DNA of 63,556 nt, the filler included, from Reticulomyxa filosa (lineage: Eukaryota > Protista > Foraminifera): assembly GCA_000512085.1 (NCBI GenBank). It is 19 parts of 19 records of this genome, joined end to end, with 100 filler letters (N's around TTAATTAATTAA, not from the genome) between each part and the next. Parts side by side here need not be neighbours in the genome. Positions count along the whole stretch, not along the records: positions 1 to 13,870 come from ASPP01020554.1; positions 13,971 to 22,768 come from ASPP01040580.1; positions 22,869 to 26,287 come from ASPP01031031.1; 16 more parts are not named here. The stretch is one strand, 5' to 3'. Shown piece by piece: positions 11,701-23,024 of the stretch. The translations under genes were made by a program, and so were the position numbers. Under the pieces are notes generated by a model. That model was not told where the DNA came from. It made no database searches and saw only the letters and a list, made by a program, of their open reading frames with translations. The number at the start of each line of letters is the position of its first letter. Position 1 is the first letter of the stretch.

Positions 11701-13870
11701 CAAAAAATACGAAAGCAGCATTAGCTATGTTACGAACAGGCTAAAGAAGCAGCTTGATGTGAACAAAGGAGACAATATAAGTCAAAAAAGAAAAGAAGAG
11801 CAAAGAGAAGAAGAAAAAGAAAATCAAACACTAAATGAAAAAAAGAGTTTCCGACAACAGTCTGATAATAATAAACCAACATCCAAGGATTCACAAGTGT
11901 CATTTGGGTGGCTTTTCTCAAGAAAGATATTCCCATGGCCAAAAGCTGAAATGCAGCTGACAGAAGGTGGAAACAAAATTGCTGAAAATTACACATTTAT
12001 TCAAATACAATATATTGCGTTCTTTGGTCGAATCTATGAATATTTTAAATATCAATTCCCTGGTTTTGAGGCAATTAAAACTGTTTCGGATCAAGAAAAA
12101 GAACTGAATAAAACGTACAATAACAACCGATTAAAACAGGAGTCAGAACTGAACAAAACATTTTTGAAAAAATTGGAAGATAAACTGAAAAATGATTGTC
12201 CTTTGGTTTGTGTAATTGAAAAATGGCAGAATAACAAGATCAATCTAAACATGGATACAAGATTGAAGCCTATTCGACGCTTGACTTTTACATTTGGCAA
12301 TTTTACAAAGCCGAATCCAAACTATTTGGAATTGAAACAAGTGGCCCAAAAAAACAATGAATTTGACATTCACAGTAACGAAGAGTTAGTATTTGTATAC
12401 GGGCTATCTAACAATGAAATAGTGCTGGTGCTTTCCATTGACAGGAATATGTCCGACTGCTTGCCAGAGGACGAAGAAATCAACAAAGAGGGCGAAAAAT
12501 ATGGTGTTGGCAACGAACATGCAAAAAAACAAGATGTATGGAATGAACAATACAATCAAAATTGTGCAACCAAAATTTTCTTATCCTCAAGACAAGTACT
12601 AAATAGAACCAAAAAACCGATCGGAGAATTGCGAGGTAGAATAACGTTGATCGCCTTGAGCGAGCAGAGACATTACATGGTGCTGTACGAACGTGCAAGA
12701 CAACTTATTCACGTATACAGTTGGAAAGAGCGAATCGTAGACTCCTTGCAGCCATTGAAAAACAAAACCATTGATTTGCGCGAACGAGTATTACCCGATG
12801 GCTTTTATGTCACAAGCATGTGTTTCGATAACAAAGACGACAGTCTATATATTCTCGATAATACAAGTACAATCCATTGCATTGAGTTGGATAGCGGTCT
12901 GTTCAATCATGAACGAGAAATTGTTTGCAAAGAACAGTATGTCAAACTGATGACAACATTCGAAGGAGGATATATCGTTGGAATTAAATCTCACGAAAAC
13001 AAAGAAGAAGAAGAAGTGCAAACTAGTCACAACAAAGACAAGATCAATAAAGAAGATGCCCAAACACCAGGCGAACATGACGAGCCTGGAAGTGCAACAA
13101 CAGACACCAAAGAAGAAGAGACCCAAGCTGTTACATTCGAATCTGCTACTTCCATAAATACTTCAAATACCGCAATTATCACTTCAACAAAATGCGAACC
13201 GAACAGTTTGGTGCAATGTGATTTTTATATTCTCGATGACTCCAAAGAACTTGTGCGCAGTTTGGTGTTGCCAAAAGAGTTTACGTCGGGGGGCATACAC
13301 GGCATTCAATTCAAGTTAATCCTCCAAACACAAGTCTATATCGTCTCTCTGGATGATGCTCGCTGTGCTCTCCTTTGTCTGCCATCGCAAGTATCTTTGA
13401 AGAAATCGCAATTACATCTTAAATTAACATCCATGTACAGAGACGTGACAATTCCCAGTGACGACGAGAAAGTTGGGACAAGGATACCAAGCAAATTGGA
13501 TTATATCGAATACAGTTTGGACAAATTTGGATCCAAGCCAGAGTTTTTTATACAAAAAAATTTGACTCTTCATTTGTCTGTTCTATTCGATGCGAATGAA
13601 ATTACATCTTCATCGTCACCATCATGGGTTTCGAAAGAAAGCGTTTTACAAATATCTGAATTGGTATTGCATACATGTAACAAGATCAAACAAGACACCA
13701 AAAAAGTGTTTAGGCATTTGGATTGGCAATGTGTACCCCTTGTAATTGATGGCAAAAACAAGCAAATTCATCTGAAAGATGTTTTGAAATTGGTGAAAAA
13801 TCACAGTCCTTCTAGAAGTGGAGATGAGTTCATAAGACAAGTGATTGTGCAATTTCCAATGCAAATTGCT
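8735..13870 (+). CDS. Very large multi-exon protein with three N-terminal SAM-like domains, followed by regions resembling the VLIG/GBP-type giant GTPase family; 3'-truncated and frameshifted
   Basis: Three SAM-like units on exons 8735-8950, ~9070-9264 and 9363-~9590 (DWLIQKGFKDYAELIIQNGGITDL; FCEEHSIAEFKDALIAAGY..GMTVGPLRKF; WCHNNGFGKFSQALMEFGI..IRMGFARAF). Then KINMNDLRYLKIHPVGLFGTKEEV, CFFWPD, FFRVLLEVC, a propeller-like region and GDEFIRQVIVQFPMQIA at the contig end. Frameshifts near 9590, 9830-9985 and 10745. Confidence 0.6.
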
Positions 13871-13970
13871 NNNNNNNNNNNNNNNNNNNNNNNNNNNNNN
13901 NNNNNNNNNNNNNNTTAATTAATTAANNNNNNNNNNNNNNNNNNNNNNNNNNNNNNNNNNNNNNNNNNNN
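13871..13970. other. Artificial contig spacer (first of 18)
   Basis: 44 N + TTAATTAATTAA (stops in all six frames) + 44 N. The others start at about 22769, 26288, 27553, 29008, 30298, 33448, 35296, 38831, 40550, 43190, 49564, 51091, 52690, 55773, 57905, 59469 and 60928. Confidence 0.98.
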
Positions 13971-13971
13971 G

Positions 13972-16452
13972 ATGCCCAACAACACTGAAAATGTGACGAT
14001 TGCACAAAAGCCAGAAGCTGGAATCGATGCCACAAATCAACTTCAACAAACGGACACGTTCGATAATCACTTACCAAACAAAAACAAAGACAGCACTTCC
14101 GTTGATCCAATCAACAACACTGGCAATAAGGCATCAGAAGAAGAAAGTATTTATATAATTTTTTTTTTGTAAAAAAAAATTGAAGTTGGTGACGTTTTTT
14201 GCTGACTGTGCAAAATCTGCTGACTATGAAAAAAAAATGGGGGTGAAACCTTTTAGGAAAAGCAGCGGAAACGGGTAATGAGCAATCAGCAACGAATTGA
14301 CTGTTTGATCGAATGTCACCATGTAGAGACGATGGCAATGGATTTGGCAACAATCCATATCAGTGTTCGTGTGGACAAGAAACAAAAGGAGAAAACATGA
14401 TTTGGGTATGTGATAGAATCAAAGAATGATAATCTGATAGAATTGTTGCGACATGATTTGATTGTGAACAGTGGAATAAAAATGTAAGAGATTACAGTAG
14501 TTTGAATGTGTTAGTAAAAGATTTTAAGAAATCGATATAAATCAATTGAAGCAAATTTTTGCATTCGCTTGGAACACACATAAATATCCAAACATGGACA
14601 ACACCTCGAATCGAAAGAATGTCCCTGGTAGTAGCAGTGGTAGCAATGATAGTAACGGTGATGATGGGAGCAGCAGCGACATAACAATGAGTACCTTTCA
14701 CGAAATGATGCACCGTCCCATTCCAATTATGCCGAAGATGCAGCAGATGCAATTTGCATACCGCATGGGACATCAGATGGGATCATTGGAAGGCCTTCAC
14801 GTCGGATGCCATTACATACTGCAACAGCGACAGCAGTCAGGTTGCACTGCAAGACAATCATCCTCTTTGCCCCAACGGTCCCAACACGCTGCAGCCAACC
14901 ACAACGTATCGGCCAATGACCCACTCGCATGGGGACACATCATAGATCCGTCCATTCCACCAAGGCAAGACGAATAGAAGAGGCAGTCGGATGAAGTCGA
15001 TGCAAAAAAGGACAAGGAAAGCGAACATGAAAAAGGAAAAGAACAACACAAGCCATACGACAATGGCCAATAGCACTCCTTTATCTTTGACGTATGGCAG
15101 TCTTCAACCTCATTCCAGTACTAATGCTGCACTGTCCCAGACATCACATCTTCATCTTTGCATAACCGGACCCAAAAGAGCTCGTGAAGGTTAATACTTT
15201 TTTGTTTGTTTTTTTTTTTCTCTCGCTCTCATCGCTTTGCAACCTCTTCTTATTGTCAATTGTTGTGATTATTGTTGATATTCGCATTAGTTGAAGAGAA
15301 TATCAGATCAACGCTTTCCAAGTGTCGAAAAGGGGAATTTTCAGATTTGGGATTGGTAATGCCCAACAGCAGCTGCATGCAACCGGATCGTGACGTCGCA
15401 AACACGGACGAGCATGTTGCAATCGACGTTGCTCGAGCAACAGAGTGGCGAGTCGTACCATGAGAGTACTGGCACGTATTTCACGAGAAATGACGATAAC
15501 AACTCAGGGATGCCGTGCTACCAAAGCGTCATGGACGCAATCACTATTGTCAACGTTGACAACACATTGGACATTGTGATAGTTCGGACTGGGGGAGGGG
15601 AGAGAAAGCCACAACGAAAGTGATACAACACAAATATAAAACCATCGTCGAACATAGCAACGTGAGCGCGAAATCGCCGTCGCATTTGTGGATGCAAAGC
15701 GTGTTTCAAGTTGCTTTGTCTAATATCGAAAGAAGCTGGAGGGCCTCCGGGATTTAAAACGGACTCGAATGTGTGGTGCAGGTATTGCAGTAGTCGTATA
15801 TCTGACGCTTGGCTCAACACTTCCACCTCAATGCTATACTCTTACCACCGAAAATGGGCCGATTTGAACTGGACATTATGCAATTGAATTATTACCGATT
15901 GAAAGTTTTGAAGACTGCATTTGAGTGAGTTATATTGGAACAGAGAAGGGAGGGAGAGACAGGAAAAATCATTGCTGTTTTTGTATTGGCTCTGACAAAA
16001 GAAACAAAAAAGAAAACACTACTGCATGGCTTCGAATTTGCGAAACTCCGTCGTTATTTTACAAATGATCGAAACATCAGTGAACATGTTACTTCAAATC
16101 CAAATGAAAATCAAGATAAACATAACAACAAAAAAAATAAGAGAAAAAGACAAAAACAAAGAATAAAAATGCTGATATTTCAATTCCACACCAAACTCAA
16201 GACCTCCTCACTGGTTGGCGTGCCTGATATAGTCGTTCTTCCAAATGTTGGTGATATCATTCAAAACAACAGTAATGTTGCTCGCAAAGTGTTGGCAAAT
16301 AATCGCCTGCAGTCAGCAGAGGGGACTATGAAGTCGAAAAGATACTTGAAAGACATTACCTAATTCACTGGATTGGATATGATCCAATACACGATTCGTG
16401 GGAACCAGAATCTAATTTTCAGTGTGACGAATTATTGAAAAGTTACAAGTAA
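13972..16452 (+). pseudogene. Decayed multi-exon gene: low-complexity N-terminus, possible FAR1/WRKY-GCM1-type zinc motif, C-terminal chromodomain
   Basis: Successive + strand fragments. The 15390 frame continues through two TGA codons (15621, 15663) into RNRRRICGCKACFKLL, with an HFH in a shifted frame. A chromodomain lies at the end. Confidence 0.4.
16321..16452 (+). pseudogene. Chromodomain-coding segment (not in the ORF track)
   Basis: Reads GDYEVEKILERHYLIHWIGYDPIHDSWEPESNFQCDELLKSYK*, matching YEVExIL..YLxxWxGY..WEPExN..C.ELL. It is out of frame with the upstream ORF at a G run. Confidence 0.8.
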
Positions 16453-18253
16453 CAGAAAAATATTAGTGCATAATTCGATTCCATACTTGTAAAAAAAATA
16501 TTAAAACAGCATCATACAATCGTTTTTGTGTATTGGTAAAATCATATCTGGAATTCTCTTTAAAAAACACGCGAGCTTACAAAAAAAGAAGTCCTTGCTT
16601 TATTAGCTCCTATTGATTTCTAAACAGAATATTTTAAAAATTATTGATTAAAGGTCTCTTCCTTTTAATACCACAATATGTCCTTCATCTTATTTCGGAC
16701 AAAGTCAAAAATGCTAATGAATTGGGTTCTTATTTCGCACAGCCGACGCTTACGCGACCCTTTTGAAGCACTTGACCTGAGTTGAACTAATTTAGTGTTA
16801 TTGTTTTTTTTTTTGCGCCAGTGTGCACAAATGAAACTAGATGAGCAAAGTCGATTTATTTACATATTTTTGACTTTCTTTTAGATTTAAAATTCAGAAA
16901 TTTTTTAAAAGAAATTTCATTGGATTATAAAGGTATCAGGTAAACTGGAGAACTAGCATTGAACTTATCATTCAAGAAAACACACAAATGACAACTTACG
17001 CAAAGAAATCTTTTAATCAAAAACTTGTCAAACGTTTGCGATCAAATATGCTAACAACTTGTAGTTGTCCAAATTTCACATCACACTTGCTTACTGGCAC
17101 CGCAGCTACAACAGCTACTTTACAGTTATTTGATTCTTTGGATATCTATGTTATATATGTGTGTTGATTGTACATGTTTCAATAATTTTACAATCACATT
17201 ATAAGAAAATATTAACTTGGAATATAGGTTGCTAATATAATTATAGTTCACCAATTTCAAATTGCTCGAGTTTTTTTCAATATATCATGCACCACATCAC
17301 ATAATAAGGATTATTTTTTTTTGAATTATACGCAATTCAAAGCGCAATACAATGACCAATATTCAATGCACATTGTCATTAAAATCGATATTTGTTCAAT
17401 GATGAACAATTACATTTAATTGGAAAAATGGCAGGTACACTTGTTGTAGTGTGACTTAACGATTTGATTTATTGGATTTCTATATGCAACAGTCGATACT
17501 TGCTAATACTGTTATCATCGCTGTCACTGTTGCCATTATTGCTGGGAACTCGTTGCAGCACCAATGGCAATGTAAACTGCGACACTTTTCAATTTTCATT
17601 TGTACATTTTTAAATATCTATTAAAAAATTTAAAGCAACACATATAACATAAATAATCAATATACGTATAAAGATGTTATGTTGGATATGTATATAAAAA
17701 AAAATACTTTTTCAAGCAATAGGTCCAATCACAATTGTAACGCAGATGACAGGAAAGATGAACCGTCGCAATAACAGCAAATCATTGTGACGTGCTAAAT
17801 TGAGTTTTTGCTGTTCGAGTGCGCACTTCAATTTCGATGATGATACTGTAAATCAAAGTTAGTTTGTTTTTCATTTTCATTTGTCTTTTCTTCCATATCA
17901 TGATCAGCGTCTTGATCCTTTGAAACAGTTCGGACATCGCATCTTCAGTGTCGATTTCCTCAAAGATCAATTGCTAGTCCATCTAACGATATCGAGCTCG
18001 GCGATCGTGGATATACTCTTTGTGACTATCGTTGACGAGTGTGATTTTAGTATGCAATCCAATACAAGTCGATTTTCACATTTTGAACATTGGAAAAACC
18101 GACCTTGTTTGATGAATCTGATCTAGTGATGATAGCCTTGGTTCAATGGATACAAGGATGGAAAAGTCAATACAGTGGAAGTGCCGACGGTGACGATGAC
18201 AGGATCGACACAAGAAGCAAAAACATCAGCATTGACGATCGTGTTGATTTGGA

Positions 18254-18560
18254 TTGGGATCGTGCATGTATTGGAAATGGATTGTCTTGGCTGCATTTGG
18301 TCGAGGCGAGAAATGGGTACCGAACTCGATAATTGATGGACAAATGGCTATGATTGAAGGAATATTCCAAGTTCATAACAACAACAAAAAAAGACGATAC
18401 TTACCTTGTATTATCATATTTGTGCGTGTTTCAATACAGTGTACCGAAAACAGCGAATACTTGCTTGTTGACGTTACGTCGCAAACATAATATATATGGA
18501 AAAGTACGAAAGATATTTGATCAGCAAAAAATCATTGAGTAGCCAATATCGAATTATTGG
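18254..18560 (+). pseudogene. Possible degenerate Ulp1/C48 SUMO-protease fragment
   Basis: EKWVPNSIIDGQMAMI (cf. WLxDxIIxxxxxxI) and, after a frameshift, KIFDQQKIIE*PISNYW (cf. IFxxxxIxxPIxxxHW). No catalytic Cys motif seen. Confidence 0.25.
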
Positions 18561-21500
18561 ATGAAAAGACCAATTCAAATAAAATTTCACTATTTGGAAA
18601 CATATCATCCTCCTCCAACTCGCAGCTTGACTTGTGAACAATAACACGATGGAAACTCGGCCAGTGAGCGGAAGCAATTGCAAAATATCTTTGGACGATA
18701 AAAAAAAAAAAGCGATTGAAGATAAAGAACAAACTTGATCGACGACAGCCACGTTGACGAAATTCACCACCATGCTTTTTGCGCGTCCATGTTTCGCTTT
18801 GTTGTCTTAGTTTTCGTTTTCATTTGCATTTTCATTCCTCTGCTTCTTCATCACTTTCTCGAATCTTTCATCGCACAATTCCGTCGGTTGAGTTAGGATA
18901 CCAACTACACAACTATACTTCAATAATTTTTTCGTTGAAAACTCCACATTGCAAGATAGTGCACGACACATGCTTGCTTCCCAAGATTCATTTCAAGGTT
19001 ACTTTCAATTTATGTATTTATTCTTGTCTTGTTTTGATTTCACTTTTTGCATTCTAGTGCGCTTCCGGATATAACTTCGCTGTAGAATCTGTGACAGTGG
19101 TATGATTTATTTATTTGTTTTGGAAAAATAAATAAAATAAGTCCTTGAATATTGTTGGATATTGTTTTTGTTAGAAAGCAAACTGACAGGAGCACGAAAA
19201 CGAGATAACGCCACTGCCGCAAGAGCAATAACCAAAAATCAAATTCAAGATTGGAGACTGCGTGCAGTTATCTCGACGGAAAGCATGAGCGGTGAGTGTA
19301 TTGGAGAAATCTTTTATCACGAAAGAAGAACTATCGGTTTGAAGTTGGACATAATGGGACAGTGCAGGAGAAGCCATGGATATGAAGACCTTCCAATTAA
19401 AACCATCCAAACCCAACGATTGCATAATTTTCTCCAATGAAGGAGCAACATGTTTATCAAATGCATTGGTTATTCTCCTTTTGCTTAGCGAAGTTATTGT
19501 AATTGGATTAAGTTTTTTTTTAAAAACAATTTTTCTAATATGCAATGCTGTGTGCCCTTTTTTATAGACGTATACACTCATGGTGCTCATGACATCGTAT
19601 ATAATAAATAACGATACTTTCAGGTTTTTTTTTTCCATTGAACCAATTGACAATGACTTGATTTGAATGTAACATATAGTGTCCCAAGGAAGAGTTATTT
19701 TCGCCAACAAGCTCAATTGCAAGATTCAATTGATCACGGAAGTGGAAACCAAGCAACAGACGACAGCGACAGCGAAAGTGAAAAAAAAAATACTGCACTG
19801 GAAACGATTCTAGATTAACACGGAAAAAAAAGGGGTTAATCTGACTATTTTTTTTTTTAATAGTGTGCAATGATAGACTTTGAAATTTGAAAAAATGGAC
19901 AATATGATACCTAAGGTGCCGATGTGAAGTACAATCAAATGAGAAGCGTCACGTGCAGGTTTGGTATTGTTTATCGATTGCTGTTGAGATAGAAGGGAGA
20001 TGAGCGCAAATGAACAAAACAGAAATGCAATATTTATGCTATCTTTGTTTTTTTTTAAAAAAAGACCTGGACGGCGGTATACTTATGCGGAATATGGAAT
20101 CGAAACATCAATGGACGAAGACGACGTTTCAGCACTGTATTTTGGAGACCGAGTGTACATAAAATACATTGAATGGTGGGCGAAGGAGAAATATATGCAA
20201 TCGAGGTCGACGTATGGATCGGAGAGGCAAAGCGATGAAGTGATAATAACAATTTGCTTCAATGTGAAGCGCTGACATAGCATAACTCGCTCACGCTTCA
20301 ACATTACAACCAATTCGCTGCCCGAGTTCGACCAAGACAACAGTGCAGCCCGAAAGAGCATCAATGGATATAATCGAAGAAAATAACGATAATGATCTTG
20401 AATTTGGTGAAACTGTGGAATTGATCAATGGTATTATTCTTTCGTTGAAACCATCGAAGTAGCTAATTATGTTTTGTGTTATTTGTTTGTAATAATAAAC
20501 AAACAAATAAATATATATGTACATGTTTATATGTTACTTTATTATTTATAATTAACTTGTTTTTGTGATCAAGACTAGGATGCAATTCAATGAAGACCTG
20601 CTCAAAAAAAGACATCTACACGAAATTGAAGGCTTGCAAAGCATGACATAGATAAACGGACCGTGGACACAATACCAATGTCGTGACGTAACAACGGGAT
20701 TTCATCTTTGACTTTGGATATTTTCTAAACGTCAAATTCATTCGCTATTGTCGACCTTATGATAAGAGACATACATTGGCGGCTGTTAGATTGTAATCAA
20801 GAAAACAAGAAAGAAAAATGGACTCATAATCATAGATGCGAGAATTTACAATATCAACTATTTTCCAAAGACAGTTTTGCAAAACTAAATTGAACTATTA
20901 TTACATGTGATGATTCTACTGACGCAGTGGTTTGCCCGATCACAATGTCGTGTATTTTTTGACAACGTTCACATTCTTTTCGTCATCGTCTTCCACTTCT
21001 TACGTTTTTAGGCCACCCAACAAGTCGATAGTACTTCATAGTCGATCACGAAGCAGTTCAGCAAAGATAATACACGCTTGCTCGACAAACTAAAGTCACA
21101 TAACTCTTGCGGCAATTGAACCGGAAAATGCAACTAAATCTATCTCTTTACTCACCAATCAATAACGCTCCATGTCGCTCGCGAGCTCAAAATTGAAAAT
21201 CAGAGTTGCGATTGTGCGTACGCACACGAGCAGTTTTCGCACGATCTCTGCGTTAAGAAAATTAGTGCAATTTCCATAACGGCCAAGCTTACGTTGTTCT
21301 TTGACGCTGGTTGATCGAATTTCGACACAATCTTTGGTGATTTGTCACGCCGAGAGTTATTAGCAGGACTTTGTGCGCCTAAGTTGACAACAAACAAATG
21401 TTTTCTTTTTATTATCTTCATCACTTTTTCCTCCAATACAATCGCCGCTGCTGTTACGACAACACAATTTTGATATCATTTTCACTTTATTCGATACCAC

Positions 21501-23024
21501 CACGCATTCCTTTTTCTTCTAAGCGAGCTTGCTTGCGAACTAGGAGGCAACAAGACCCGATTGCCAAAGATTTGCTCGAGCTCCCACTATCAGCACACGA
21601 TCAAATATCCAAAGTTGACTACGCGCAAGTACGATAAGTTTGAATAGCGATTGGTCTCCGCTCCTCGACTGCTGTTCTACGTCCATAAAATTGCAATCTA
21701 TTATTGAAAGCACGCAAAGCAACTATTTGTGTACGTGAAGAGACAAACACAACATTTATAACTATCTTCAGTGTCGGTCGCCGTTGCGATACCAAATGTC
21801 GATTTTTTTTTATTTTTTATTTTTTCTCATTTTCTTCTTTTTTCTCTTTATTTTTTTACTATTTTTTTTTCTTTTTTTAATTTTTTCTCATTCCAATCTT
21901 TTTTTTATTTTATTTTTCTTTTACATTTTTCAACATTTTTTTTTTCATTTCTTTTTAATTTATTATTATTATTAATTTTCTTAAAAAAAATTTTCTATTC
22001 CCACTTCCACCACTTTCCCCCTTCAAATTAATTTCCCCTTTTCAATATTCTCTTTTCCAATCCCTTTTTTTCCCATCATTTTTTCACATCATTTTTTCTC
22101 AATTTTTAAATATATTTTCCCTTCTATTTTCTTTCCCCCCAAATTTTTACTATCAACTTAAATATAATGAAAAAACAAAAAACATCATTTTCCAATCTTT
22201 TTTTTATCACTGAACATATAAACACAATCAAACACATTTTTGTACTTGAGCCAAAAGCTCCAATTCCAATTATCTTTTTTTTTTCTTTGTAACGGTGAGG
22301 GGGGCAAATAATTTTTTGTTGGTGGAAGCATGCCTATTTATGAAAATACATCATTTGATAAATAAAAAACAAAAAAATAAAAATAAAAGATACAAACCAT
22401 TTGGTTTTTTTTTGGATGCGGGATGGCTTCAACACCAAAATTTTTCTTTACAGATAATGTTGACGAGGACGTATACAATATAATTTTTTTTTGAACAGAC
22501 GGGTTGCGGCTGTTAATGAAAAAACAAATAAAGTGAATTATGTCAAAAAAAAAATTTAAAAATAAATAACAAACCTTTGTTACTCCTTGCGGAGACGGGG
22601 GGCCTTACCCCATATTCAATATATTTATTTTTTCTTTTGCTGAAGGATGTATTGCATCCACAAAAAAAAATCATCATTTTTTTTATCAAAGTGCGAGGTC
22701 TGTCCAAAAAAAAACACAACACTATTTTAAGTTACAAAAGTATTTTTAAAAAAAGAAAAAAGACATACNNNNNNNNNNNNNNNNNNNNNNNNNNNNNNNN
22801 NNNNNNNNNNNNTTAATTAATTAANNNNNNNNNNNNNNNNNNNNNNNNNNNNNNNNNNNNNNNNNNNNGTACTGTCTGTGCATGAGTGTGACGAATGTGT
22901 TTCTTATTGATATTGCATTTGTCATTTATCATGTCGCAGAATATACCAATGTGTTCACATTGTAGTGATCTGTATCCGTTCCGATACAATGACATTGGTA
23001 AACTTGATTGCGGGAGACTAGCAA

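Noticed and set aside
13871-13970. Recurring TTAATTAATTAA flanked by N as a biological repeat or CRISPR-like array
   Set aside because: It is an identical 100-nt artificial linker with stops in six frames. ORFs running into X residues are artefacts.
21771-22160. Phe-rich membrane protein ORFs (also 35797-36213 and 47341-47595)
   Set aside because: T-rich low-complexity or low-quality sequence with no coding signal.
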